From Acidimicrobiia bacterium (GTDB taxonomy: Bacteria; Actinomycetota; Acidimicrobiia; Spongiisociales; ZC4RG35), in contig OZ244034.1 in assembly GCA_965215185.1 (NCBI GenBank), positions 1,056,001-1,120,000 of the forward strand: DNA of 64,000 nucleotides, written 5' to 3'. Under the pieces are notes generated by a model. It had not been told where the DNA came from. It ran no database searches and saw nothing but the letters and a program-made list of their open reading frames with translations. The translations under genes and the position numbers were made by a program. Numbering within the stretch: the first letter of the stretch is position 1; every line of letters starts with the position of its first letter. Of this stretch, positions 52,907-63,698 are shown one piece after another.

Positions 52907-54177
52907 TGGTGGTACCCGACTTTGGTGGAGTCGGGTTATTTGAATTGGTGGTGTGACTGACCCGGAAGGAGTCTTCATGCCTTATCGATATCCACCCGAG
53001 TTCCGTCGCAGGGTGCTGGATCTGCTGGCAGTTGGCAGGTCGGTAGCGTCGTTGTCAGCGGATCTTGGGGTGTCTGATCAGACGATCTACAACTGGCGGC
53101 GCCAAGACCGAATCGACCGCGGTCTACAACCGGGTGCCACTTCGGAGGAACAGGCCGAACTGTGGGCCGCTCGCTGTCGGATCGTCGAGCTGGAAACCGA
53201 ACTGGCCGTGACCAAGCGGGCTATTGAACTGCTGGGAGACCAGGTGGTGCACCTCAAAGACGCTACCAGGCGATCCGGACCATGAGAACCGAAGGGCTTC
53301 CCAGGTGGCGTGTCGAGTGCTCGAGGTGTCACAGTCCGGGTTCTACGCCAGGGTGGTCCCGGCCGCCGTCAGCCCGCTTGCATCCGCCACGCCTGGTTGA
53401 CCGACGTCATCTGTCACATCCATGAACAGTCACGCGGCACCTATGGGGCGCGGCGGGTGCACGCCGAACTGCGGTTGGGTCATGGAATAACCGTCGGACA
53501 CAACGCAGTAGCGATGCTGATGCGCAGAGCCGGTCTAGCTGGTCTTAGTAGGTGACCGAAGTCCCAGACGGCGGACCCGCCCGGTGGACACGCCCGGTGG
53601 ACCTGGTCGACCGTAACTTCGCCCGTTTCGAACCGGACCAACTGTGGGTGACCGATATCACAGAGCATCCCACCCGGCAAGCGCAAGGTGTACTGCGCGG
53701 TGGTGCTGGACGTGTACGGGCCGCCGGGTCGTCGGCTGGTCGATCGACAACACGGCCACCTCCGGACTGGTCACCTCCGCGTTAGGTATGGCAATCGGGA
53801 ACCGCCAACCCGACCCCGGCACGGTCATACATTCGGACCAGGGCACCCAATTCACCTCCTGGGCGTTCACCCAACGGGCCCTCGAATCCGGTCTGGTTCC
53901 GTCCATGGGAACCGTCGGGGACTGTTTCGATAACGCCACCATGGAATCGTTTTGGGCTCGTATGCAGGTCGAGCTGTTGGACCGCAGGAGGTGGAGGACC
54001 CGTATCGAACTCGCCAACGCTATCTTCGAGTACCTAGAGATCTTCCACAACCGCCACCGGCGCCACACCGCACTGGAAATGCGCACCCCCATCGAATACG
54101 AAAGAAACCACAACAACAACCTAACCATCGCACCACTGATCCAAGTGAGCTGACTCCACAAAACCGGGGGACCATCA
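52907..54177 (+). mobile_element. IS3 family element (1271 bp, frameshifted orfA/orfB) enclosed by a second IS3-type IR pair (52879-52906, 54178-54201)
   Basis: IRs TGGTGGTACCCGACTTTGGTGGAGTC and GACTCCACAAAACCGGGGGACCATCA; orfA MPYRYPPEFRR; WVTDIT, HSDQG and DNATMES. Confidence 0.9.
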
Positions 54178-54342
54178 CTCTATGAATCCCGGTACGGTTC
54201 AGGGGGTTGGTTGTGGCGCGGGTGGGGTTTATGTGAGGTTTTGAGGGGCTGGATCTAGGGGTTTTGGAGTGTGGGCCGCGGTGATCCAGGGCTTTTGGGT
54301 GTTTGGCCCGCGGTGATCTGGGGCGGGGTGGTTTTGGGGTGT

Positions 54343-54815
54343 TCAGGCGACTTGTTCGAGGGGTCCGGCTCTGGTGTCGGGGAAGTGGCTGCCGAACCAG
54401 CGGCTGATGTCTTTCCCGGTTCGTTTATGGTGGGCGACTAGGGCGGTGTTGATTTGGAATAGGTTGTAGTTGAGTTGTCGCTTGTAGGTACTGAAGTGCG
54501 ATTCGATGTCTTGCCGGGGTCCGTACAGCGGTTTGAAGGAGGGGTCTGTTTCGGGTATGGGCCGCAAACCGCGGGTTCGGCGGGTGTGGCGTTTGGCTTG
54601 GCGTTCTTGGGGGGTGCTGTTGTTACGGATCCTGGTAGTGGCTCCGACCATGTGCGGTGGGACGAGAGGTTTGTCGGGTATTTGCCATAGGGTGTAGACG
54701 ATGCTTTTCGGGTTCGGGGTCCGGGTTTTTTGATTTGGGTACGGACCCGGCGAAGGGGCTGGTAGTGGGGGTGGCCGTCTCCGTCCCTAACGGCGATGGT
54801 GGGGGTGCCGTTGAG
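54343..54815 (-). pseudogene. Third copy of the DDE transposase, C-terminal remnant
   Basis: LNGTPTI...YQPLRRVRTQ; YGPRQDIESHFSTYKRQL; RAGPLEQVA; frameshift and deletion. Confidence 0.88.
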
Positions 54816-55211
54816 GAGTGCTGTTGTGACGTATGAGGGTGGTGGCACCAACGAGGTCAGTGGGGACGAGTGGTTTGTCGGGGATAGCCCAGGTGCCGTA
54901 CATCATGTTGCGATGGAGCACAACCGAAGCGAAGTTGAAAAACCATCTACATCAAGACCGGACCGAACGGCCAACAACTTGCTCCGGTGGAGGGCTGTCT
55001 GGTAACTGCCATAACCGGAAACAACCCCGGCCGTGGGGGGGGTCAGGAACCAAGCTGACCGAAGTCCGGTCCCAGTGAGTTGGCTGCCGTACCGCGGCAA
55101 GGACTGCGACCTTCGAATGCTGCCCGCGCATAGACCATACCAGTTCGGCGGAGGGTAGGGGTGGTCATCGGACGCTCACTCCAGGGATGATTGGTGTATA
55201 CTGATCGCTTT

Positions 55212-55406
55212 ATGAGACCTGATCCAAACATCGCCTTGATCCTCTCAATCTTTTTGGGTGGACTGGGTATTGATCGCATGTACGTTGGCCAAATCGGACT
55301 GGGTGTACTGAAGCTCCTCACCGCTGGGGGGCTGGGCATCTGGTGGCTGGTCGATTTGTTCCTGATCCGCGGGATAGCCCGGAAAGCCCAGCAAGAAGGC
55401 ACTTAG
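55212..55406 (+). CDS. TM2-domain small membrane protein (copy 2)
   Basis: Protein identical to 38962..39156; differences within the CDS are synonymous. Confidence 0.88.
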   Translation: MRPDPNIALILSIFLGGLGIDRMYVGQIGLGVLKLLTAGGLGIWWLVDLFLIRGIARKAQQEGT

Positions 55407-55727
55407 CCCCCTGAGCAAGGTTTAAGGTGCAGACCGTCCTTCCCTCGGGGGAGATGTCAATGCCCGACCTCGCCTAAGGGGCGTGGCTGTCCGGTAACCG
55501 CTATTTCCAAAGGCGGATAGCAGGGAAAATCGGGAAGGTTTGTGGGGGACTTTTCTGAACCAGTTGTGGGGTATGTTGGTAACTGTCCAGGTTCCGTCAT
55601 CGGTGGAGTCCGACTCCTGTGCATTAGTCGTTGCCCAGGCAGCCAGGTCCAACGGGTTCGATAACGAACTTAGGGCCGCATTGTCCGGCGCAGCGATCCC
55701 CTCGACATGGGTGGAGATCCGGCTCAG

Positions 55728-55835
55728 ATGATCACACATAGGGAAGACGTGAGATTCACGCGCTGAGGACACAGGGGTGGTCGATCTCGGAAATCGCGCG
55801 GCATGTGGGCGCTGACGGCAAAACGGTGCGCGCCC
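55728..55835 (+). pseudogene. IS21 istA N-terminal HTH fragment
   Basis: MITHREDV/EIHALRTQGWSISEIARHVGADGKTVRA. Confidence 0.65.
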
Positions 55836-55957
55836 GCTGGTATCTATTTCGATGGAACCTCTCGGCCCTCAGTGCATCGTAAATGTCCATTCGGTAACAT
55901 GGCCGATCCGCACTCTTGAAGGTTGGGATTTTTGTCTGTTCACCCACACCAGAGGGG

Positions 55958-56605
55958 TCAGGTTCCGAAACGCTCCTCCAGAACTCTGATCACCTCCGAG
56001 GGGGCGATCTTCCGTTCGGCAGCCAAAACCAGCATGTGATAGAGAAGGTCAGCCATCTCCTCGGCTACTCGCCGGTTGGGTTCCTGTCCCTGAGCATGCT
56101 CTTTGGCAGCCATCAGCACTTCCGTGGCCTCTTCCACCACCTTGCGGGCACTCATATTCACGCCGCCTTCCAACAACCGGGTTGTGTAGGAGCCCGAGGG
56201 CCGCTGGGCGGCGCGGGAAGCGATCACTTCCCATAACCGCTCCAACCACTGGAACCCCTCCCCACGGGGACCGTCGGCGAAACAGGTAACGGTGTTACGG
56301 TGACAGGCGGGACCAGCCGGCCGGGCGGTGATCAATAGCGTGTCGGCATCACAGTCGGATTCGATCTTTACCACCTCAAGAAGGGAGCCGCTCGTGGCGC
56401 CTTTTAACCACAGTTCACCACGCGACCTCGACCAGAAGTGCACATAGCCGCTCTCCAAGGTGAGTAGGTAGGACTCTCGGTTGAGATAGGCCACCATCAG
56501 AACCTGACCTGTCCTGGCGTCTTGCACAACGCCCGGGATGAGACCTTGCGAGTCCCAGCGAAGCTCGTCGGGCGGGGGAGTGGCGGTTAGAGAAGACTTG
56601 GTCAT
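55958..56605 (-). CDS. hisIE: Bifunctional phosphoribosyl-AMP cyclohydrolase / phosphoribosyl-ATP pyrophosphatase
   Basis: [24 protein letters not shown]...CF; [14 protein letters not shown]. Confidence 0.95.
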   Translation of the reverse strand: MTKSSLTATPPPDELRWDSQGLIPGVVQDARTGQVLMVAYLNRESYLLTLESGYVHFWSRSRGELWLKGATSGSLLEVVKIESDCDADTLLITARPAGPACHRNTVTCFADGPRGEGFQWLERLWEVIASRAAQRPSGSYTTRLLEGGVNMSARKVVEEATEVLMAAKEHAQGQEPNRRVAEEMADLLYHMLVLAAERKIAPSEVIRVLEERFGT

Positions 56606-57363
56606 GTCAGACGAACCGGTACGCCGGCCCGAGCCATGGCCAGCTTGACCTCATGGATCTCGATCTCTCGGCGATGAAATATGGAGGCAGCCAGCACTGC
56701 TTCGGCCCCGGCCTTCTGGCACACTTCGACGCAATGCTCGGTAGTACCCGCGCCACCGGAAGCGATCACCGGGACCTCCACAGCTTCAGTCACCGCGGCG
56801 GTCAGTTCCAGGTCATAACCGATCTTGGTTCCGTCCCGATCCATGGAGGTCAGCAGAATCTCCCCGGCGCCCAGTTCCACCCCCCGCTGCGCCCACTCCA
56901 CCGCATCCCAGCCCACCGGCTTTCGGCCTCCCACCACCACCACCTCGAAGCCACCCTGAGGAAGCCGCCGGGCATCGATGGCCAGCACCACACATTGGCG
57001 TCCAAAACGGAGGCGGCATTCGCTTAGAAGCTGCGGACGACGCACAGCTGCGGTGTTGATGCTCACCTTGTCGGCGCCGGCCCGAAGCGCCGATTTCATA
57101 TCCTCCGGAGACCGTATGCCCCCACCAACCGTGAGGGGAACGAACACCTCCGAAGCAGTCTGCCTGACCACATCCCACATGGTGTCCCGTTTTTCGGGGG
57201 CAGCCGCGATGTCCAGAAAACAGATCTCGTCGGCGCCTTCGGCCGCATACCGGCTTGCCAATTCCGTGGGATCCCCCTCGTCGGTCAGGTTGACGAAGTT
57301 GACCCCTTTCACCACTCGGCCGGCCGCAACGTCCAGGCAGGGAATGATTCTCTTGCGAAGCAT
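56602..57363 (-). CDS. hisF: Imidazole glycerol phosphate synthase subunit HisF
   Basis: [18 protein letters not shown]; TSMDRDGT. Confidence 0.97.
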   Translation of the reverse strand: MLRKRIIPCLDVAAGRVVKGVNFVNLTDEGDPTELASRYAAEGADEICFLDIAAAPEKRDTMWDVVRQTASEVFVPLTVGGGIRSPEDMKSALRAGADKVSINTAAVRRPQLLSECRLRFGRQCVVLAIDARRLPQGGFEVVVVGGRKPVGWDAVEWAQRGVELGAGEILLTSMDRDGTKIGYDLELTAAVTEAVEVPVIASGGAGTTEHCVEVCQKAGAEAVLAASIFHRREIEIHEVKLAMARAGVPVRLT

Positions 57364-57995
57364 CAGCCGCCACCGTTTCCCTGCTCGTCCGCCCAGGTGC
57401 GACAATCGGAGAGAAAGTTGGACAGTACCTTAAGCCCGTTGGCGCCGGAACGCTCGGGGTGGAACTGGACGCCCACGCGGTGGCCGTCTCGAACCGCCAC
57501 GCAGAACCGACGCCCGTATTGGGCTTCACCTGTCACCACCCCCGGGTCGGTGGGCGCCGGGGCGTAGGAGTGCAGGAAATAGAAGGTGGGATCGGGAGGA
57601 AGGCCCTCCCAAAGAGGATCGTCTGCAGTCATCAGAAGATCGTTCCATCCGATATGGGGAAGTCGGGGCGTTTCCTGTAACCGCTCCACCCGACCATCCA
57701 TTAATCCCAGACAGGTGCTGTCGTCCTCCGAACTTCCCTCGAAGAACAGCTGTAAACCCACGCAGATCCCCAATAGCGGGCCCGACCATGCGGTTAGAGG
57801 CTCCACTAACTCGGCCTTTCGCAACCGCTGCATGGCGGTGCCGGTGTTGCCCACTCCGGGTAGTACCACTCCATCTGTTCCCTCAAGCTGTCGTGGTTCG
57901 GTGACAAGTACCGTCTCGGCGCCCACCTTTTCCAAGCCCTGGGTGATGGAGACCAGATTCCCAGCGCCGTGATCTACTACGGCAATGGTGGTCAA
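57363..57995 (-). CDS. hisH: Imidazole glycerol phosphate synthase subunit HisH
   Basis: LPGVG, GICVGLQ, QFHPERS. Confidence 0.96.
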   Translation of the reverse strand: MTTIAVVDHGAGNLVSITQGLEKVGAETVLVTEPRQLEGTDGVVLPGVGNTGTAMQRLRKAELVEPLTAWSGPLLGICVGLQLFFEGSSEDDSTCLGLMDGRVERLQETPRLPHIGWNDLLMTADDPLWEGLPPDPTFYFLHSYAPAPTDPGVVTGEAQYGRRFCVAVRDGHRVGVQFHPERSGANGLKVLSNFLSDCRTWADEQGNGGG

Positions 57996-58579
57996 CCCAC
58001 CCCCTTGGTGGAAGCCACTCCCTCTCGGCGCGGGTCGCGCTCCACTGCTTGACGCAAAGCCCGGGCCAGAGCCTTGATGGCGGCCTCCGCCTGATGGTGA
58101 TCATTGAGGCCGCGGGAACTGAGGTGAAGAGAAAAGCCCGCCGTACGCGCCATCGCCTCCAGTGCGTGGGGGAGGTTCTGGGTGGTGAGGTTGCCGATGG
58201 TGGGGTTTTGCAGAGGAAGGTCGATCACCGCATAGGGTCTGCCGCCTACATCCACGGCGGCGCTGCCCAACGCTTCGTCCATGGGGACGGCCGCGTCTCC
58301 AAAGCGGTTGATGCCCGACCGGTCACCCAGCGCCTCAGCCATAGCCGATCCCAACACCAAGGCGGTGTCTTCGACGGTGTGATGGTCGTCAACAATCAGG
58401 TCGCCCCGGGTGGTGATACTCAGATCGAAAAGAGCATGGTGTGCCAGCGAGGTGAGCAGGTGATCGAAAAAACCGACTCCAGTGGATATCTCGGCCTGCC
58501 CGGATCCATCCAGGTTCAGGCTGATTTCCACCGAGGTCTCCCGGGTGTCCCGGGTTATGTGTGCGGTTCTATCTGGCAT
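57992..58579 (-). CDS. hisB: Imidazoleglycerol-phosphate dehydratase
   Basis: DDHHTVED, PMDEAL, NDHHQAEA. Confidence 0.96.
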   Translation of the reverse strand: MPDRTAHITRDTRETSVEISLNLDGSGQAEISTGVGFFDHLLTSLAHHALFDLSITTRGDLIVDDHHTVEDTALVLGSAMAEALGDRSGINRFGDAAVPMDEALGSAAVDVGGRPYAVIDLPLQNPTIGNLTTQNLPHALEAMARTAGFSLHLSSRGLNDHHQAEAAIKALARALRQAVERDPRREGVASTKGVG

Positions 58580-59891
58580 ATCTGTGGTCACGCTCCTTTG
58601 CGGTAAACCGTAACTCGGCGGCCCGTCGGTGGGCGGTGAAACCTTCCACATCGGCTAGGCGGGTGATTATCGGAAGAATCTTGGCCAAGCCCTCCCGGGT
58701 GAGACGTTGCTCTTGGCGCCAAGAGCCGAAATCCTCCACCGAGAGGGGACCGTAACAGGCGGCCAGGCCACCGGTGGGGAGGACATGGTTGGCGCCGGTG
58801 GCGTAGTCACCGGCCGACTCCGGCGACCACCTGCCCACATAGACCGAGCCGGCCGCGGTGACCGCCTTGGCATGTGTATCCGTGTCGGAGGTGAGCAGGG
58901 AAACGTGCTCGGGCGCGTATCGATTGGCGAATGCGATTGCGGCAGCCATGTCAGGGGCAATCACCGTCATCCCGTGATTGGCCAGGGCCTCGGCCAGGAT
59001 ATCCCGGCGTTCCAGGGTGGAAAGTTGCTCTTCCAGGGCGGCTTCCACTTGGTGGGGAAGGTCAGGGTCGGTGGTGACCAATACCGCCGGGGAGTCCGGC
59101 CCATGTTCGGCCTGACAGAGCAGGTCCGCCGCCACCAACACGGGATCTGCACAATGATCGGCCAGCACCAAGACTTCCGAGGGCCCGGCGGGCAGATCTA
59201 TACCGCAGTCCCCGAACACCGCCAGCTTGGCGGCGGTCACCCATTGGCTGCCGGGGCCCACCACCTTCTGGACCCGCCGGATCTGCTCGGTCCCATAGGC
59301 GAAGGCGGCCACTGCTCCCGCCCCTCCCATCGCCCACACCTCATCAGCACCGGCCACCTGACAAGCGGCCAGAGTGGCCGGGTGGACGGTTCCATTCGGG
59401 CCGGCGGGAGTGGCCACCGCCACCTGCTTCACCCCGGCTACCTTGGCAGGGGTGACCGTCATCAAAGCGGTGGACGGATAGGCAGCCTTGCCGCCGGGCA
59501 CATAGGCGCCCACCCTCCTCAGGGGAGACCAGCGGCGGGTGATGAAGACCCCTGGGATGTTCTCGGTGTGAAGGTCCGAGGGAATCTGACGCCGGTGAAA
59601 GTCGGCGATGTGGTCACGGGCACTTTCCAGGGCCTCCACTATCTGCGGCATGGCCCGTACAGCCGCTTCAAGTTCAGAGCGCGATACCCGAAAATATCCG
59701 CCTCCATGCCGCTTCGACAACCGGTGCATGGCTTGGTCGCCCTCCAATCTCACCTCTTCGCAGATGGTCTGAGCAATTCTTCGAACCTCGGGGTCGGGAA
59801 CCGCGGTGCGCCGGCATAGCCGGGTCAGCTCAAGCTCGGTCAACTCCGCAAGCCGTATCCGGCGCAGCCGGGGTGGGGAAGAGCCCATCAT
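58569..59891 (-). CDS. hisD: Histidinol dehydrogenase
   Basis: YVPGG, AGPSE, QAEH, APEH, GANHVLPT. Confidence 0.96.
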   Translation of the reverse strand: MMGSSPPRLRRIRLAELTELELTRLCRRTAVPDPEVRRIAQTICEEVRLEGDQAMHRLSKRHGGGYFRVSRSELEAAVRAMPQIVEALESARDHIADFHRRQIPSDLHTENIPGVFITRRWSPLRRVGAYVPGGKAAYPSTALMTVTPAKVAGVKQVAVATPAGPNGTVHPATLAACQVAGADEVWAMGGAGAVAAFAYGTEQIRRVQKVVGPGSQWVTAAKLAVFGDCGIDLPAGPSEVLVLADHCADPVLVAADLLCQAEHGPDSPAVLVTTDPDLPHQVEAALEEQLSTLERRDILAEALANHGMTVIAPDMAAAIAFANRYAPEHVSLLTSDTDTHAKAVTAAGSVYVGRWSPESAGDYATGANHVLPTGGLAACYGPLSVEDFGSWRQEQRLTREGLAKILPIITRLADVEGFTAHRRAAELRFTAKERDHRYAR

Positions 59892-60751
59892 GGGATCAGC
59901 TGTCCAATTTCGAGCACCAGTATCCCTTTGGCGCCCGCTTGTTCCAGACGGGGCAGCAGTTCCCACAGATCGGAGGCGTCCACCACCGAGTGCATCGCCA
60001 CCATCTGAGATTCGGCCAGGGGAACGATGGTGGGCGCGGTGAGCCCGGGAATGATCCGGCTAATCGTGTCGATGTTGTCAAATGAAGTGTTCAGAAGGAC
60101 ATAACGTTTGCGACGCCCGGCGGTGACCGCTCCCACCGCGGTTATCAGTTTCCGGACCAGTGGAAGGTTCTTCTTCTCGGGAAGTCCGGCCAAGACGGCT
60201 TGTGATTCCACCAGCACGCCGATCTCCCTCAGTCCGTTGAGGCGCAGGGTGGATCCGGTGGAAACCAGGTCCACCACCGCGTCTGCCAAAGCGATCTTGG
60301 TGGCTGCCTCCACCGACCCCTTCAAGGCCACCACCGAGGCTGAAATGGAGTGATCGGCGAAGAACCGGGCGGTGGTACGGGGATGGGAAGTGGCGATCCG
60401 CAAACCCTTCAGGTCGGCCACAGAGTGGACTGGGGAAGAAGTCGGTACGGCCGCGGCCAGTCGACAGAAGCCGTAATCCAGTTTGGCAAGGGGCTCGAGG
60501 CTCGAATCCCCATTGGCCTCTTCCATAAGGTCCAGCCCGGTGATGCCGACATCCGCCACACCCTCGATGAGCATCCCCGGTATGTCCTCGGTGCGTACCA
60601 ACACCAGATCCAACTCGACATTGCGGACCCGCAGGGAAAGCACCCGGTCGGTGATTTCAAAGGACATTCCGGCGCTCTTGAGGAGCCGCAGCGACGGCTC
60701 TCGCAGTCGGCCCTTGTTGGGCACCGCCAGAGTGAGAGCCTTCTTGTTCAT
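59888..60751 (-). CDS. hisG: ATP phosphoribosyltransferase (long form)
   Basis: AVPNKGRL, DLVSTGSTL; C-terminal regulatory domain. Confidence 0.95.
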   Translation of the reverse strand: MNKKALTLAVPNKGRLREPSLRLLKSAGMSFEITDRVLSLRVRNVELDLVLVRTEDIPGMLIEGVADVGITGLDLMEEANGDSSLEPLAKLDYGFCRLAAAVPTSSPVHSVADLKGLRIATSHPRTTARFFADHSISASVVALKGSVEAATKIALADAVVDLVSTGSTLRLNGLREIGVLVESQAVLAGLPEKKNLPLVRKLITAVGAVTAGRRKRYVLLNTSFDNIDTISRIIPGLTAPTIVPLAESQMVAMHSVVDASDLWELLPRLEQAGAKGILVLEIGQLIP

Positions 60752-61065
60752 TGGGTTTCTTCCGATTCGGCTTTTGACTTCATTCGGGCGAGAGCCAGCC
60801 GGTAACCCCCCGTCCCATGACGTAACCACTGGTTAATCCGGGTAATGGTGGCAGTGGCGGCGCCGGTGATCGACGAGATCTCTCGATAGGAGAGGCCACG
60901 ATCCAGTTGCCGTACCACCGCCCACCGCTGGCTCAGGTCAGCCAACTCCTTGAGGGTGCACAGGTCCCGGAAGAACAGAGCCGCCTCATCCGCTGTCTCC
61001 AAGGACAGCATCGTGGAGAACAGAGCCTTGGTGTCCTGATTTCGCCATGTTCCGTCGAGAGTCAT
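60748..61065 (-). CDS. TrpR-like (YerC/YecD) repressor, probable HisR
   Basis: FFRDLCT..EL..LSQRW; SYREIS..TGAATATITRI; first gene of the his operon. Confidence 0.88.
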   Translation of the reverse strand: MTLDGTWRNQDTKALFSTMLSLETADEAALFFRDLCTLKELADLSQRWAVVRQLDRGLSYREISSITGAATATITRINQWLRHGTGGYRLALARMKSKAESEETQ

Positions 61066-61094
61066 ACCATTTCGGTTTCGTTTTGCTTTTCGCT

Positions 61095-61136
61095 TACTGC
61101 CCTAATGTGATAGTATGTTAGCACGCTATTACAGTA
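61095..61136. promoter_or_regulatory. Candidate tandem HisR operator in the divergent his promoter
   Basis: TACTG...CAGTA outer palindrome enclosing two TA-N6-TA units (CTAATGTGATAG, TTAGCACGCTAT). Confidence 0.5.
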
Positions 61137-61192
61137 GAACAATCCCAGGAAATGATAGTGGCGACAACAGGCCCGATTGAAGGGGTTACAAA

Positions 61193-61894
61193 ATGCAGAT
61201 AATCCCCGCAGTCGACATCTTGGAGGGCCGGGTGGTCAGGTTGTTGCACGGCGACTACGGTCGGGTCACCCCCTACTCCGATCACCCGGTGCAAGTGGCG
61301 GGACGCTGGCTGGAGCAGGGCGCCCAACTGGTCCATGTGGTGGATTTGTCAGGTGCACGGTCCGGAGAGCCCGACCAACAGATATGGAGGGACATGACCC
61401 GGGCGGGGATTCCCTTCCAAGTGGGCGGTGGGATCCGCGCCCCCGCCACGGCCCGGGCAGCACTTGAGGCAGGTGCCCAACGGGTGGTGATGGGAACCGC
61501 GGCAGTGTGGAACCCGGCGGCTTTGCGAGAGGTGGGAGAATTGGAGCGGGTGGTGGCGGCGCTTGACATCCGAGCCGGCCGAGCCAGGGGAGCGGGATGG
61601 CTCGATGAAGGGCGCTCGGTCACCGAAACAGTAAGGGGTCTGCGAGAGGCAGGGGTAGTGAGGCTGTTGGTCACCGGAATCGAGCGAGATGGCGCCATGC
61701 AGGGACCAGACCTGAACCTGCTCCGAGAAGTCGGGTCACTATCCGACATGGCGATAATCGCCTCGGGCGGGGTAGGGAACCTCGCCGACCTCGAGGCGGT
61801 GGCAACCCTGGAATGCGAGGCGGCAATAGTAGGACGGGCCCTTTATGAAAGCCGTTTCACTCTAGCCCAGGCTATTGCCGTCACCGGCAGCTAG
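61193..61894 (+). CDS. hisA: ProFAR isomerase HisA
   Basis: IIPAVDI..GRVVRL, HVVDL, QVGGGIR, IASGGV, GRALY. Confidence 0.93.
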   Translation: MQIIPAVDILEGRVVRLLHGDYGRVTPYSDHPVQVAGRWLEQGAQLVHVVDLSGARSGEPDQQIWRDMTRAGIPFQVGGGIRAPATARAALEAGAQRVVMGTAAVWNPAALREVGELERVVAALDIRAGRARGAGWLDEGRSVTETVRGLREAGVVRLLVTGIERDGAMQGPDLNLLREVGSLSDMAIIASGGVGNLADLEAVATLECEAAIVGRALYESRFTLAQAIAVTGS

Positions 61895-62709
61895 CCCTCC
61901 GATCTCTGGCGACGGGCCTCGAACAGCACCACTGCCGCCGCCGCGCCGGCATTGAGAGAGTCGACGGTACCCGACATGGGAATCTGCACCTTTACGTCAG
62001 CCCCCTCCAACCACAAATCGGACAATCCGTATTGTTCGGAGCCAATCACCACGGCCGCTCCGCCAGCCAGATCGGCTCTCCAGGACGGTACGGCGGCCGC
62101 CGGGCTGGTGGCGATCACCAGCAGACCTTTCTCTTTTAGCCATTCCAACGCAGCGTGGCTATCCGCTACTGCCAGTGGCACGGTGAACAGCGACCCCAGG
62201 GAAGCGCGCACCACATTGGGGTTGAAAACATCGGTGGTCGGATCGGCCACCACCACCGCATCTGCTCCCGCCGCCTCGGCGGTCCGGATCATGGCACCCA
62301 GGTTGCCGGGCTTCTCCACCGACTCCACCACCAACACCAGGGAATCAGAACCGACCTGAAGCCCGGAGAGGGGAAGCGACGGCTGCCGCAGCACTGCTAG
62401 CAACCCTTCCGGGCGATCCCGATAGGAAACCTTGCGGAAGGCCGGTTCGGACATCTCCACCACCGGCGCCACCTGCCCGATCTCTGCCAGAAGTTTCTCC
62501 TCGTTTCCCCCCAGATAGAGGGGAGGACAACAAAAGACAGACAGTATCTGCGACTTCCAAGCCAGTGCCCGTTGCATTTCCCGGTACCCCTCCACCAAGA
62601 AGGCACCGGTTCTTTGCCTCTCTCGGCGGTTGCGAAGTCGCACCAGCGACTTCACGCGCGGGTTCTGAGGAGAGGTAATGGGATCACGCACGAGATACGC
62701 CTGAGGCAT
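61891..62709 (-). CDS. TrmH family RNA methyltransferase
   Basis: EKPGNLGAMIR, IGSEQYGL, DSLNA. Confidence 0.9.
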   Translation of the reverse strand: MPQAYLVRDPITSPQNPRVKSLVRLRNRRERQRTGAFLVEGYREMQRALAWKSQILSVFCCPPLYLGGNEEKLLAEIGQVAPVVEMSEPAFRKVSYRDRPEGLLAVLRQPSLPLSGLQVGSDSLVLVVESVEKPGNLGAMIRTAEAAGADAVVVADPTTDVFNPNVVRASLGSLFTVPLAVADSHAALEWLKEKGLLVIATSPAAAVPSWRADLAGGAAVVIGSEQYGLSDLWLEGADVKVQIPMSGTVDSLNAGAAAAVVLFEARRQRSEG

Positions 62710-63698
62710 CAGGAGCCCCTCCGTTGAGCCTTCCATCGAGGTCGATACAGAAACTCCCGTAGCGCCACCACAATCACCACCGCCAACAGGGGAGCGAAGG
62801 GCGCAAATGCCTGCGTTACCGATCCAGTCGCCGCCGACAACCCCGATACGATCACAAAGGCCCCCAGCAATAATCTGGCCATTCCCACCCGATCGGAGGA
62901 GATGGTGCGATCGGCATGATCGGTGGGAGATTTCACATCTGTGCCGATTGCGCCCAGCGCCAAGGCAAACACCAGACCGGCGCCAACTAGGAGATAAATC
63001 CCCAAGGAACCGTCCTGCACACCGTCACCCGCCAACCTCTCAAACATTCTGGCGAAGGCCGGCAGGCCGGCTATGGACAAAGCGATGATCAATCCCTTCC
63101 GGACCCCCAGCCTCCCGTACACCAAAATCAGACTCGCCGCCGACACCGCGGCCAGGTGAGCCCACCACCACGAATCAACCTCGCCCAGGAACAAATAGAA
63201 CAACGATGCGCCCACCGCTACCCCTCCGGCAATCCACCGGTGCGAAGCCGAGGCGACCGGGGGAATACAGGTATCGAGAAACAGGGCGGCGGCCATCACA
63301 GCCCCCGCCCACCACCCGGTTTGGGTGCCGGAGAAGACCACGGCGCCCAGACCCAATAATCCTGCTTCCCAACGGGCCGGCGCCAATCCACTACTGCCCA
63401 CCATCACTTTGATGACCAGCAGCATTACGAACAAAACCCCGGCGTGACTGTCCAGCCACAAGGCCAAGCCGCCTCCCGCCAATGCCGCCAGGTTGGCGGA
63501 AACCGGGTAGTCGGGGTCTATCTCCCGGGACAATGCCCAGCACAGGTAGGCGGCCAGACCCGACTCGACTCCCTCGGCCCATCCTCCCCACAGGTAGCCT
63601 GCCGCACCGAACACAAACAGCGATGCCAGCGCCAAGCGGTCCGAGAAGCGCTGGAGGTCCAAGGGACGGGTGACGCTTACCCGATAGGCCGGTATCAC
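62709..63698 (-). CDS. Hypothetical multi-pass membrane protein
   Basis: Hydrophobic ORF with WALSREIDPD, overlapping both neighbours. Confidence 0.65.
   Translation of the reverse strand: MIPAYRVSVTRPLDLQRFSDRLALASLFVFGAAGYLWGGWAEGVESGLAAYLCWALSREIDPDYPVSANLAALAGGGLALWLDSHAGVLFVMLLVIKVMVGSSGLAPARWEAGLLGLGAVVFSGTQTGWWAGAVMAAALFLDTCIPPVASASHRWIAGGVAVGASLFYLFLGEVDSWWWAHLAAVSAASLILVYGRLGVRKGLIIALSIAGLPAFARMFERLAGDGVQDGSLGIYLLVGAGLVFALALGAIGTDVKSPTDHADRTISSDRVGMARLLLGAFVIVSGLSAATGSVTQAFAPFAPLLAVVIVVALREFLYRPRWKAQRRGS

Larger units (their letters stand above)
52816..55700 (-). mobile_element. Element E3: third, most diverged copy of the transposon; right end lost
   Basis: Left end GGCGGGGTTGGCGCGAAAC after CAAG; left-end sequence resumes at 54202 after the IS3 insertion; carries a transposase remnant and the TM2 module. 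Confidence 0.6.
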
